From assembly GCA_021774625.1 (NCBI GenBank), contig JAJFIV010000027.1:210566-274565 (forward strand): a stretch of DNA of 64,000 nt, read 5' to 3'. This DNA comes from Alphaproteobacteria bacterium. Its GTDB lineage: Bacteria > Pseudomonadota > Alphaproteobacteria > Sphingomonadales > JAKSBY01. Shown in pieces: positions 56,425 to 64,000 of the stretch (position 1 is the first letter of the stretch; each line of letters starts with the position of its first letter). Made by a program: the position numbers and the translations under genes. The notes below the pieces were generated by a model, which saw only the letters and a list, made by a program, of their open reading frames with translations, did not search any database and was not told where the DNA came from.

Positions 56425-57381
56425 ATGATCACCTTTCTTGACTTCGAAAAGCCCATTGCCGAACTGGAAGGCAAAATCCGCGAGCTGCGCCAGTTGACTA
56501 CCGGTGACGCCGAGGTGGATATCGGCGACGAGGTCGGCAAACTTGAAGGCAAGCTCGACAAGATGCTGCGGGATACCTATGGCAAGCTGACGCCGTGGCA
56601 GAAAATGCAGGTGGCGCGTCATCCGGAACGGCCTCATTTCCCGGATTATGTGGCGGGGATCATTGAGGATTATATGCCGCTGGCCGGTGACAGGGCCTTT
56701 GCCGATGATCTGGCCATCTCCGGCGGGCTGGGACGCTTTTGCGGTGAACCTGTGATGGTGATTGGCCATGAAAAAGGTTCGGATACGGAAAGCCGTCTCA
56801 AACATAATTTCGGCATGGCGCGCCCGGAAGGCTATCGGAAGGCCATCCGCCTGATGCGGCTCGCCGAGCGGTTCAATATCCCGGTGATCACTTTTGTCGA
56901 TACCCCGGGGGCCTATCCCGGGATTGGCGCGGAGGAACGCGGCCAGTCGGAAGCCATTGCGCGCTCGACAGAAACCTGTCTCGATTTGCAGGTGCCGCTG
57001 ATCAGCTGCATTGTCGGCGAAGGCGGGTCGGGCGGGGCGGTAGCGCTGGCTGCGGGAAACCAGATTTTGATGTTCGAACATGCCATCTATTCGGTGATTT
57101 CACCGGAAGGCTGTGCGTCCATTCTCTGGCGGACAGCGGATAAATCGAAAGATGCGGCCACCGCGCTGAAAATCACCGCGCAGGATTTACAAAAACTCGG
57201 TGTGATCGATGTGATTGTGCCGGAGCCCGTGGGCGGCGCGCACCGGAATGCGGAAATAGCCATCAAGGCTCTTGGCGATGCGTTGGAAGAGGCGATGAAG
57301 ACGGTCCGCAGAACCGGCGCTTCACCGGAAAAACTCCGCACCATGCGCCGGGAAAAATTTCTCGCCATGGGCGCAGCCTGA
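56425..57381 (+). CDS. accA: acetyl-CoA carboxylase carboxyltransferase subunit alpha
   Basis: 318 aa. Motifs: [49 protein letters not shown]. Confidence 0.95.
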   Translation: MITFLDFEKPIAELEGKIRELRQLTTGDAEVDIGDEVGKLEGKLDKMLRDTYGKLTPWQKMQVARHPERPHFPDYVAGIIEDYMPLAGDRAFADDLAISGGLGRFCGEPVMVIGHEKGSDTESRLKHNFGMARPEGYRKAIRLMRLAERFNIPVITFVDTPGAYPGIGAEERGQSEAIARSTETCLDLQVPLISCIVGEGGSGGAVALAAGNQILMFEHAIYSVISPEGCASILWRTADKSKDAATALKITAQDLQKLGVIDVIVPEPVGGAHRNAEIAIKALGDALEEAMKTVRRTGASPEKLRTMRREKFLAMGAA

Positions 57382-57450
57382 AAAAATCTATCCCCCATTT
57401 GCTCAAAATCAGGCTCACACGCCTCCCGCAGCGCGCTGCCCGCTCGTAAG

Positions 57451-57459
57451 TTATCCACA
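57451..57459 (+). promoter_or_regulatory. DnaA box, perfect consensus TTATCCACA (copy 1)
   Basis: Read directly, 60 nt upstream of the -35 element of the nrdA promoter. Confidence 0.6.
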
Positions 57460-57473
57460 GGCCGTCCCCGGCT

Positions 57474-57482
57474 TTATCCACA
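57474..57482 (+). promoter_or_regulatory. DnaA box, perfect consensus TTATCCACA (copy 2, same orientation, 23 bp from copy 1)
   Basis: Read directly. It overlaps a 16-bp imperfect palindrome CCACAACATGTCGTGG (57478-57493), which resembles the NrdR-box pattern acaCwAtATaTwGtgt. Confidence 0.6.
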
Positions 57483-57518
57483 ACATGTCGTGGTGTCAAA
57501 AAAACGACATACTTTATC

Positions 57519-57547
57519 TTGACCAAAAATTTCTCTGTGCATACTAT
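57519..57547 (+). promoter_or_regulatory. sigma-70-type promoter candidate for nrdAB (TTGACC-17-TACTAT)
   Basis: Read directly. It implies a leader of about 265 nt before the probable nrdA start. Confidence 0.5.
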
Positions 57548-57818
57548 GGAAAATTATTGGGCGGCCTCGAAAAAGGTTGGCGGGGAATTCGTAAAGTTTG
57601 TCAAAGGGTTGGGTGTTTTTGAGTGGGACGGAACTGAAAGAAACCACCGAAGTATCATTCATCGCCGGATTTGCTTTTATCAAAGCGCTGGGCAGGTTTT
57701 TCGCGGATTCCCTGTAGATTATAGAGGAAATGCCCGCGATAAACTGGCGTCTGAAACCGCACTGTCGGCTCAGGTGATTCGCGCCAAAAATTTAAAAGAA
57801 GAGGGAGGGCACAGTTCG

Positions 57819-59699
57819 GTGTTTGAAGTCACACATTTCGAGAACCGGCCGGCGGTCACCATAGACAGAAGCCGCGATGCTTTGCTGACCGAGTTTGGCA
57901 AGGAAACGCTGACCGACCGTTATCTGCTGCCCGGCGAAAGCTACCAGGATCTGTTTGCCCGGGTTGCCAGCTATTATGGCGATGACGAGGCGCATGCCCA
58001 GCGGCTTTATGATTATATCTCGAAATTGTGGTTCATGCCGGCGACGCCGGTGCTGTCCAACGGCGGCACCAAACGCGGGTTGCCCATTTCCTGTTTTCTG
58101 AATGAAGCCGACGACAGTCTTGACAGTATTGTCGGGCTGTGGACGCAGAATGTATGGCTGGCGGCCAAGGGCGGCGGCATCGGCTCCTATTGGGGCAACC
58201 TGCGTTCCATCGGCGAACAGGTCGGCGCCAATGGCAAAACCTCCGGCATTATTCCGTTTATCCGGGTCATGGATTCGCTAACCCTGGCCATCAGCCAGGG
58301 GTCATTGCGCCGGGGATCGGCGGCGGTCTATCTGCCGGTCGATCACCCGGAAATCGAGGAATTTACCGAACTGCGCCGGCCCACCGGCGGCGATCCCAAT
58401 CGCAAAACGCCCAATCTGCATCATGGCGTGCTGATTTCCGATGCCTTTATGCGGGCGGTGGAAGCCGATGAACAATGGGGACTTTTGAGCCCAAAGGACC
58501 GCCATGTGGTGCGCCAGGTATCGGCGCGGGGCCTGTGGATCCGCCTGTTGACGGCGCGGGTCGAAACCGGCGAGCCCTATCTGATTTTTTCCGATACCGT
58601 GAATAACCAGATCCCCGAACATCACAAACTTGCGGGGCTGACGGTCAAGACCTCCAATCTCTGCGCCGAGATTACGCTGCCGACGGGGCGCGATCATCTA
58701 GGGAATGACCGGACGGCGGTATGCTGCCTGTCCTCGCTTAATCTTGAACATTATCCCGCCTGGAAGGATCATCCGCTGTTTATCGAAGATGTCATGCGCT
58801 TCCTCGATAATGTGCTGCAGGATTTTATCGACCGCGCGCCGGACAGCATGGCCAAGGCGAAATATTCCGCCGCGCGGGAACGCTCCGTCGGTCTGGGCGT
58901 GATGGGTTTTCATTCTTTTCTTCAGGACAATAACGTGCCGATGGAATCGGTGATGGCCAAGGTCTGGAACCGGCAAATTTTTAGCCTGATTCAAAAGCAG
59001 GCCGATGCGGCGTCCCGGAAATTGGCGGAAGAACGCGGCGCCTGCCCGGATGCCGCCGATTACGGCATCATGGAACGTTTTTCCAATAAAACGGCAATTG
59101 CGCCCACGGCCTCCATTTCGACCATTTGCGGCGGCGCGAGCCCGGGGATCGAGCCCATCGCCGGCAATTCCTACGTCCAGAAAACGCTGTCCGGGTCCTT
59201 CAATGTCCGCAACCGGGCGCTGGCCCGGCTGTTGGAGGAAAAAGGCAAAAACGATGAGGCGACATGGAGTTCTATCACGGTCAATGAAGGCTCGGTCCAG
59301 CATCTTGACTTCCTGGATGATCATGAAAAGGATGTGTTCAAGACCGCTTTCGAGATTGATCAGCGCTGGGTGGTGGAACTGGCGGCGGAGCGGGCCAAAT
59401 ATGTTTCCCAGGCGCAGTCGGTGAATATCTTCCTGCCCGCCGACGTTCACAAGCGGGAATTGCACCAGTTGCATTTTCAGGCCTGGAAGAAGGGGCTGAA
59501 AAGCCTTTATTATTGCCGTTCCAAATCGATCCAGCGGGCGGAAGTGGTCTCCAACGCCGGGAAGAATAACGGGAACGGCACTGAATACGCCAGTGTGAAC
59601 GGCGTGCCGTCGCCGGATGAGATTGAAATTCCCCTGGCCGCTGTTGCCCGGCGGCCGGAAGATGACGGAAATTATGAAGAGTGTCTGTCCTGCCAATAG
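57819..59699 (+). CDS. nrdA: class I ribonucleoside-diphosphate reductase alpha subunit (no ATP-cone)
   Basis: ORF 57519..59699. I place the start at GTG 57819, 9 nt after GAGGGAGGG, giving (M)FEVTHFENRPAVTIDRSRDALLTEFGKETLTDRYLL. Motifs: WFMPATPVLSNGG, the SNLCAEI active-site Cys, and a C-terminal YEECLSCQ redox tail. Confidence 0.85.
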   Translation: MFEVTHFENRPAVTIDRSRDALLTEFGKETLTDRYLLPGESYQDLFARVASYYGDDEAHAQRLYDYISKLWFMPATPVLSNGGTKRGLPISCFLNEADDSLDSIVGLWTQNVWLAAKGGGIGSYWGNLRSIGEQVGANGKTSGIIPFIRVMDSLTLAISQGSLRRGSAAVYLPVDHPEIEEFTELRRPTGGDPNRKTPNLHHGVLISDAFMRAVEADEQWGLLSPKDRHVVRQVSARGLWIRLLTARVETGEPYLIFSDTVNNQIPEHHKLAGLTVKTSNLCAEITLPTGRDHLGNDRTAVCCLSSLNLEHYPAWKDHPLFIEDVMRFLDNVLQDFIDRAPDSMAKAKYSAARERSVGLGVMGFHSFLQDNNVPMESVMAKVWNRQIFSLIQKQADAASRKLAEERGACPDAADYGIMERFSNKTAIAPTASISTICGGASPGIEPIAGNSYVQKTLSGSFNVRNRALARLLEEKGKNDEATWSSITVNEGSVQHLDFLDDHEKDVFKTAFEIDQRWVVELAAERAKYVSQAQSVNIFLPADVHKRELHQLHFQAWKKGLKSLYYCRSKSIQRAEVVSNAGKNNGNGTEYASVNGVPSPDEIEIPLAAVARRPEDDGNYEECLSCQ

Positions 59700-59743
59700 C
59701 GGGGTCAATGATAACAGCCAAGAGAATGTGAGAGTGGGACGCC

Positions 59744-60703
59744 ATGTCATTGCTGGAAGAAAGAATTGTTTACAAGCCGTTTCGCTATCCCTGGGCCTAT
59801 CAGGCGTGGCTGACCCAGCAGCGCATTCACTGGCTGCCGGAAGAGGTGCCGCTGGCCGATGACGTAAAGGACTGGCGCAACAAGCTTTCCAAGGGCGAGC
59901 GCAACCTGCTGACCCAGATTTTCCGCTTTTTCACCCAGTCGGATATCGAGGTGAATAACTGCTATATGAAGCATTATTCCCAGGTGTTTAAACCGACGGA
60001 AATACAGATGATGCTGGCGGCCTTTTCCAATATCGAGACCGTGCATATTTCCGCCTATTCGCATCTTCTGGACACCATCGGCATGCCGGAAGCCGAATAT
60101 TCGTCCTTTCTTCATTATAAGGAGATGAAGGACAAATATGATTACATGCAGAATTTCAACATGGAATCGATGGAGAATATCGCCATGACCCTGGCGGTGT
60201 TCGGCGCCTTCACCGAAGGTCTGCAATTATTCGGCTCCTTCGCCATGCTGTTGAATTTTCCGCGCTTCAATAAAATGAAAGGCATGGGTCAGATTATATC
60301 CTGGTCGGTGCGGGACGAAACGCTGCATTGCGAATCGATCATCAAACTGTTCCGCACCTTTGTGTCGGAACATCCGGAAATCTGGACCCGGGAATTTCAG
60401 CGGGAACTCTACAAAGCCTGCGAGACCATCGTTTCTCACGAAGACGCCTTTGTCGATCTTGCCTTCGAGATGGGTCCGGTCGAGGGTTTGAGGGCGGAAG
60501 ACGTGAAAAGCTATCTCCGCTATATCGCCGACCGGCGGCTGATCCAGTTGGGCCTGCAGCCCATCTACCGGGTGGAAGCCAATCCGCTGCCGTGGCTCGA
60601 CATGATGCTGAACGCCATTGAACACACCAATTTCTTCGAAAACCGCGCCACCGAATATTCCAAGGCGGCGACGCAAGGAACGTGGGACGAAGCATTCGAC
60701 TGA
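59744..60703 (+). CDS. nrdB: class I ribonucleoside-diphosphate reductase beta subunit
   Basis: 319 aa with di-iron/radical motifs: FFTQSDIEV, NIETVHISAY (E-x-x-H-x-x-x-Y), FTEGLQLF, VRDETLH. Confidence 0.9.
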   Translation: MSLLEERIVYKPFRYPWAYQAWLTQQRIHWLPEEVPLADDVKDWRNKLSKGERNLLTQIFRFFTQSDIEVNNCYMKHYSQVFKPTEIQMMLAAFSNIETVHISAYSHLLDTIGMPEAEYSSFLHYKEMKDKYDYMQNFNMESMENIAMTLAVFGAFTEGLQLFGSFAMLLNFPRFNKMKGMGQIISWSVRDETLHCESIIKLFRTFVSEHPEIWTREFQRELYKACETIVSHEDAFVDLAFEMGPVEGLRAEDVKSYLRYIADRRLIQLGLQPIYRVEANPLPWLDMMLNAIEHTNFFENRATEYSKAATQGTWDEAFD

Positions 60704-60749
60704 TCACTGTAAAGAAACTCCTCCCCTTTGGAGAAAGATGGACGATGGC

Positions 60750-61703
60750 TTACCAGCGGGCCGAATAATGGCGAGTCCTGCCGTATAATTCATATTTCAG
60801 CGGGAAATCATAACGGGCGATGCGTTCGCCAAGGCTTTTTAAGACATCTGTTTCAACGCCAGCCATCACCTCCGCCCGGTAGGCATCGGAATTGCGGGCG
60901 AATTTTTTCCGTACGTTATTGCCCGGAAAAATATCTGTGGCGTTGATCCGGCCAAATCCGTCGACGGCCCGGAGATTTTCGCCGAACTTGAAACTGTCGC
61001 CGGCGGCGCCGTAAAAGCGGTCGTGATCCAACAGCCGTCCGCGGCTCTTAAAATTGATCCGGTAATCATAACGGATCAGCGCCTCTTCCTTCACTTCCGT
61101 GTAGACCGCCCGGATCAGCCGCTGATGCGGATTTGAATTTTTCCGATAGTATTTATCGTATTTCTTATCCTCCGCCTTTGTTGAGCGGACCGCAAAAGTC
61201 CGGTCAAAAGCCAGGGTTTCAACGCCAATGACAATATCTGCGTCCCGCCGGTAATCGGTTATCGCGACATGATCCGGCGCATAATATCCGATTCTGCCGG
61301 CCAGCGCCCGGTGATAAGCGTCCCGTTTGCTGCCCTCGACAAAAACCCGCACCTGGTTTTCTGTGATGAAATTACCGTAAAGCCGCGGATGAGTCTGCTT
61401 CACCCAGACCCGCGCAGCGGGCGCGCGATACCAGTTGAGGTCCGGCAGGGCGTCATAAAAAGCCTGGCGTTCGGGCCCGCCTTCCGGCGCATAGGCCAGT
61501 TTTTCAAAGAAATAGCGGTCCAGAACCTGCGGATTATAATGCGCCTGATCGAGAAGCGCCATGAAAGCCCGGATTTCCGCCCGGCGCACGTCATGATGCT
61601 CGACACGTTTTTCGGCCTGTTCGTTATGATCCGCATAGACAGCGCCCATCCCGAGTGCGCTTGCCGCAAATAAAGTATAGGTAAATGTCCGTATCCGTTT
61701 CAT
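60750..61703 (-). CDS. exported protein of unknown function
   Basis: ORF 60750..61730. The likely start is M10 (MKRIRTFTYTLFAASALGMGAVYA signal peptide). It is rich in R/Y/D and I recognise no family. Confidence 0.55.
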   Translation of the reverse strand: MKRIRTFTYTLFAASALGMGAVYADHNEQAEKRVEHHDVRRAEIRAFMALLDQAHYNPQVLDRYFFEKLAYAPEGGPERQAFYDALPDLNWYRAPAARVWVKQTHPRLYGNFITENQVRVFVEGSKRDAYHRALAGRIGYYAPDHVAITDYRRDADIVIGVETLAFDRTFAVRSTKAEDKKYDKYYRKNSNPHQRLIRAVYTEVKEEALIRYDYRINFKSRGRLLDHDRFYGAAGDSFKFGENLRAVDGFGRINATDIFPGNNVRKKFARNSDAYRAEVMAGVETDVLKSLGERIARYDFPLKYELYGRTRHYSARW

Positions 61704-61811
61704 AGCGCGTCTCCTCAAATGTGCACTCACTTTAGAGGGGAGCCGCTGAATGAAAGCTGAAAGCTTTATTCACATGGCGTTCATGATAAAGTCGGGGCGG
61801 AAGGAGCGGAT

Positions 61812-62321
61812 ATGACTGAACAGAAAAAACGCTATCTCGTTCGAGCAGATGAATGGAAGGGCATGGAGGGGGCCGTGCCGGTCCGGCATCCGCTGAACCC
61901 CAATTCCCATGTGGACTGGATGTCTTTAAGTGACCGGGCAGGTATGCAGCGGGCCCATGTTGCGATCGGGCGCATTCCGCCGGGGAAGGAAAGTTTCATT
62001 TATCATAGCCATTCGCTGCAGGAGGAATGGCTCTTTATCCTGGAAGGGCGGGGCCGGGCGGAAATCGGCGCTGATGCATTTGAGGTAGGCCCCGGAGATT
62101 ATATGGGATTTCCAACCGACGGCACCGGGCATCATCTGATCAATAACGGGGAAAGTGACCTTCTTTACCTGATGGGGGGCGAACGGACCGATGTGGAAGT
62201 TGCCCGCTTTCCAAAGCAGAAAAAACTGATGGTGGCGAAAGATAAAAAGATCGCGCTGATCGATGAAACCGCCATTCACTGGATGACGATAGAGGACTGG
62301 GTGAAACAGGATGACGCGTGA
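61812..62321 (+). CDS. cupin domain protein
   Basis: 169 aa. Cupin motifs: GKESFIYHSHSLQEEWLFILEG and PGDYMGFPTDGTGHHLIN. Confidence 0.75.
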   Translation: MTEQKKRYLVRADEWKGMEGAVPVRHPLNPNSHVDWMSLSDRAGMQRAHVAIGRIPPGKESFIYHSHSLQEEWLFILEGRGRAEIGADAFEVGPGDYMGFPTDGTGHHLINNGESDLLYLMGGERTDVEVARFPKQKKLMVAKDKKIALIDETAIHWMTIEDWVKQDDA

Positions 62322-63090
62322 AGTTAGGATTGAAAGGGATGGCTCTATTGCCACCGTCACCCTCAATCAGCCGGAAAAGATGAATGCCATGACGGCGGCG
62401 ATGTGGGGACAATTGGCGGACGGGATCAAAAAGCTTTCGGCTGATGATGATCTTCGGGTGATCATCATCCGGGGAGCAGGCGGGAAGGCCTTTTGCACCG
62501 GTAACGACATTTCGAAATTCAAGGAAGAGCGGGGAACTTCGCTGCAGGCTAAACAGTATGAAAAAAACCTGCACCGGGCTTTTCATGCTCTCGATCACTG
62601 CCGCCATCCCCTTGTCGCAATGATCCAGGGGCCCTGCGTCGGCGGCGGGCTGGAAATTGCCGCGCTTTGCGATATCCGGATTTGCGGGTTGTCCAGCCGT
62701 TTCGCTGTGCCGATCAACCGGCTGGGTCTGGTGCTGGCTTATCCTGAGCTCGAAATCCTTTACCGGCTGGCGGGCCGTTCGGTGGCCTCCGAATTGTTGT
62801 TGGAAGGACGGGTTTACGAGGCCGGGGAAGCTCTGCAGAAAGGCCTGGTGCATCGGGTTTTTGCCGATGAGGATGTGGCAAGCGAAGCTGGCAGGGCTGC
62901 ACGAAAGATCGCCGCGGGTGCGCCGCTTTCCGCCCGCCAGCATAAGAAATTTCTGCGCCGCCTGGAAAATCCGGCACCTGTGGGCGATGCCGAGAAAGAG
63001 GAGGCCTATGCGTGTTATGACACCGAGGATTTTCGCGAAGGCTATCGATCCTTTCTCGAAAAAAGACCGCCGGACTTCAAAGGTCGTTGA
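62311..63090 (+). CDS. enoyl-CoA hydratase/isomerase family protein
   Basis: 259 aa. VTLNQPEKMNAM, IRGAGGKAFCTGNDI and QGPCVGGGLEIAALCDIRI are crotonase-fold motifs. It overlaps the cupin stop by 11 nt. Confidence 0.85.
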   Translation: MTREVRIERDGSIATVTLNQPEKMNAMTAAMWGQLADGIKKLSADDDLRVIIIRGAGGKAFCTGNDISKFKEERGTSLQAKQYEKNLHRAFHALDHCRHPLVAMIQGPCVGGGLEIAALCDIRICGLSSRFAVPINRLGLVLAYPELEILYRLAGRSVASELLLEGRVYEAGEALQKGLVHRVFADEDVASEAGRAARKIAAGAPLSARQHKKFLRRLENPAPVGDAEKEEAYACYDTEDFREGYRSFLEKRPPDFKGR

Positions 63091-63140
63091 ACAAGCGTAC
63101 GCCAGCGCCTAAGGTAGGTCAAAGCGGGGTGAAGCGGATT

Positions 63141-64000
63141 ATGGACCAGGAAAAACTCAAACGGCTTCGGGAAAAATATGAAACGGCCAAGGGGGATATG
63201 GTCTATCACCCGCCGTTCAAAAAAGTGGTGTCGATGTTGTTCAGGGAAGGCGGGGTGCGCGCCCTTCCTTATGGCGGCATCGCAACGCTGCTGGATGCGC
63301 CCTACCGTGAAGGCGCAATGGAGGATCTGGATATTGCCCTTATCGGCATCCCCATGGATCTCGGCGTTACCAACCGGGCCGGCGCCCGGCTCGGTCCCCG
63401 CGCGGTGCGGCAGGTGGAACGGATCGGCCCCTATCACCATGCGCTCGACCTCGTGCCCTCCGCCGAGTGCCGGGTGGCGGATATCGGCGATGTGCCCTTC
63501 CGCAGTCGTTTCAGCCTCGAGATGTGCATGGAGGATATCGAGGCTTATTATACAAAAATCCATCAGGCCGGGATCAGGCCCGTCAGTGTCGGCGGCGATC
63601 ATTCCGTCAGCTATCCCATACTTAAAGCGCTCGGCAGGGACAGGCCGGTCGGCATGGTGCATATTGACGCCCATTGCGATACCGGCGGCGAGTTCGACCA
63701 TTCCAAATTTCATCATGGCGGTCCGTTCCGTCTGGCGGTGCTGGACGGCGCGCTGGACCCCGACCGGACCATTCAGATCGGCATTCGCGGCTCCGGCGAA
63801 TTTCTCTGGGAATTTTCATACGATTCCGGCATGACCGTGATCCATATCGAAGACTTCATGGAAATGGGCGTCGATGCGGTCATCAAGAAAGCCATCGAGG
63901 TGGTGGGGGACGGCCCGGTCTATGTCTCCTTTGATGTCGATGGGCTGGACCCGTCCTTCGCCCCCGGCACCGGCACGCCGGAAGTCGGCGGCATCACGCC
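63141..64000 (+). CDS. agmatinase/ureohydrolase family protein, N-terminal part (runs off the right edge)
   Basis: Absent from the ORF track (no stop in the window). Hand translation from ATG 63141 gives MDQEKLKRLREKYE...IGIPMDLGVTNRAGARLGPRAVR...VSVGGDHSVSYPIL...MVHIDAHCDT...VSFDVDGLDPSFAPGTGTPEVGGIT. These are the Mn-binding motifs of the arginase/agmatinase fold. Confidence 0.85.
   Translation, partial: MDQEKLKRLREKYETAKGDMVYHPPFKKVVSMLFREGGVRALPYGGIATLLDAPYREGAMEDLDIALIGIPMDLGVTNRAGARLGPRAVRQVERIGPYHHALDLVPSAECRVADIGDVPFRSRFSLEMCMEDIEAYYTKIHQAGIRPVSVGGDHSVSYPILKALGRDRPVGMVHIDAHCDTGGEFDHSKFHHGGPFRLAVLDGALDPDRTIQIGIRGSGEFLWEFSYDSGMTVIHIEDFMEMGVDAVIKKAIEVVGDGPVYVSFDVDGLDPSFAPGTGTPEVGGIT

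Noticed and set aside
57519-57818. A 100-codon N-terminal extension of NrdA as drawn in the ORF track (TTG 57519 or ATG 57546).
   Set aside because: The TTG is the -35 hexamer of a near-consensus promoter, and the ATG overlaps the -10. The extension has no ATP-cone-like motif (V-x-KRDG...). A GTG preceded by a strong GAGGGAGGG sits where homologous NrdA N-termini begin. I treat it as leader, though this remains to be verified.
57554-57818. A cobalamin riboswitch in the nrdA leader (plausible because B12-independent reductases are sometimes B12-repressed).
   Set aside because: I could not find the B12 box (AGYCMGGAGACCKGCC-like) or the GCCACTG / CCCGCAACTGTAA-type core by eye. Only vague GGGGAA and CCCGCGATAAACTGG resemblances are present. 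A covariance-model scan is needed before claiming anything.

Overview
The window looks like a chromosomal segment of an alphaproteobacterium. The evidence is gene order: lptC-lptA-lptB-rpoN, sco next to regB-regA, helicase/S4/terB/fdxA/cdnL, cobT-cobS beside bolA and rpmB, aroK-aroB, xerD, accA and nrdAB. I call about 58 protein-coding genes (two run off the window edges), one tRNA-Leu(CAG), one gene remnant and one MITE-like element. I see no rRNA, CRISPR array, intact IS element or prophage. Most of the window is housekeeping, and four parts stand out.

1. 18.9-23.2 kb: a LapG-type periplasmic cysteine protease sits between a soluble degenerate GGDEF/EAL-like protein and a membrane Cache-PAS protein. 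The HD-GYP domain of the membrane protein has lost its signature residues. This may be a non-canonical c-di-GMP inside-out proteolysis switch, and it is my best candidate for something undescribed.

2. 25.7-36.2 kb: an accessory-looking block. It holds genes for exported proteins of unknown function, a 3' remnant of a PQQ-dependent dehydrogenase gene, and a convergent pair made of a large TonB-dependent receptor and a ToxR/CadC-like regulator with a TolB-like propeller. Each gene of that pair is preceded by a strikingly AT-rich region, and the two regions share operator-like motifs.

3. 37.66-37.93 kb: a 268-bp element with perfect 21-bp terminal inverted repeats.

4. Several regulatory sites can be read directly from the sequence. 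They are two perfect DnaA boxes and a strong sigma-70-type promoter ahead of nrdAB, a GTTC-N7-GTTC SOS box ahead of an MmcB-like nuclease gene, an ATA start codon for infC, and several long perfect palindromes in promoter regions.

All calls rest on reading the ORF translations and the DNA by eye, with no database search. Start codons are best guesses, and the domain-degeneracy statements need profile alignments.
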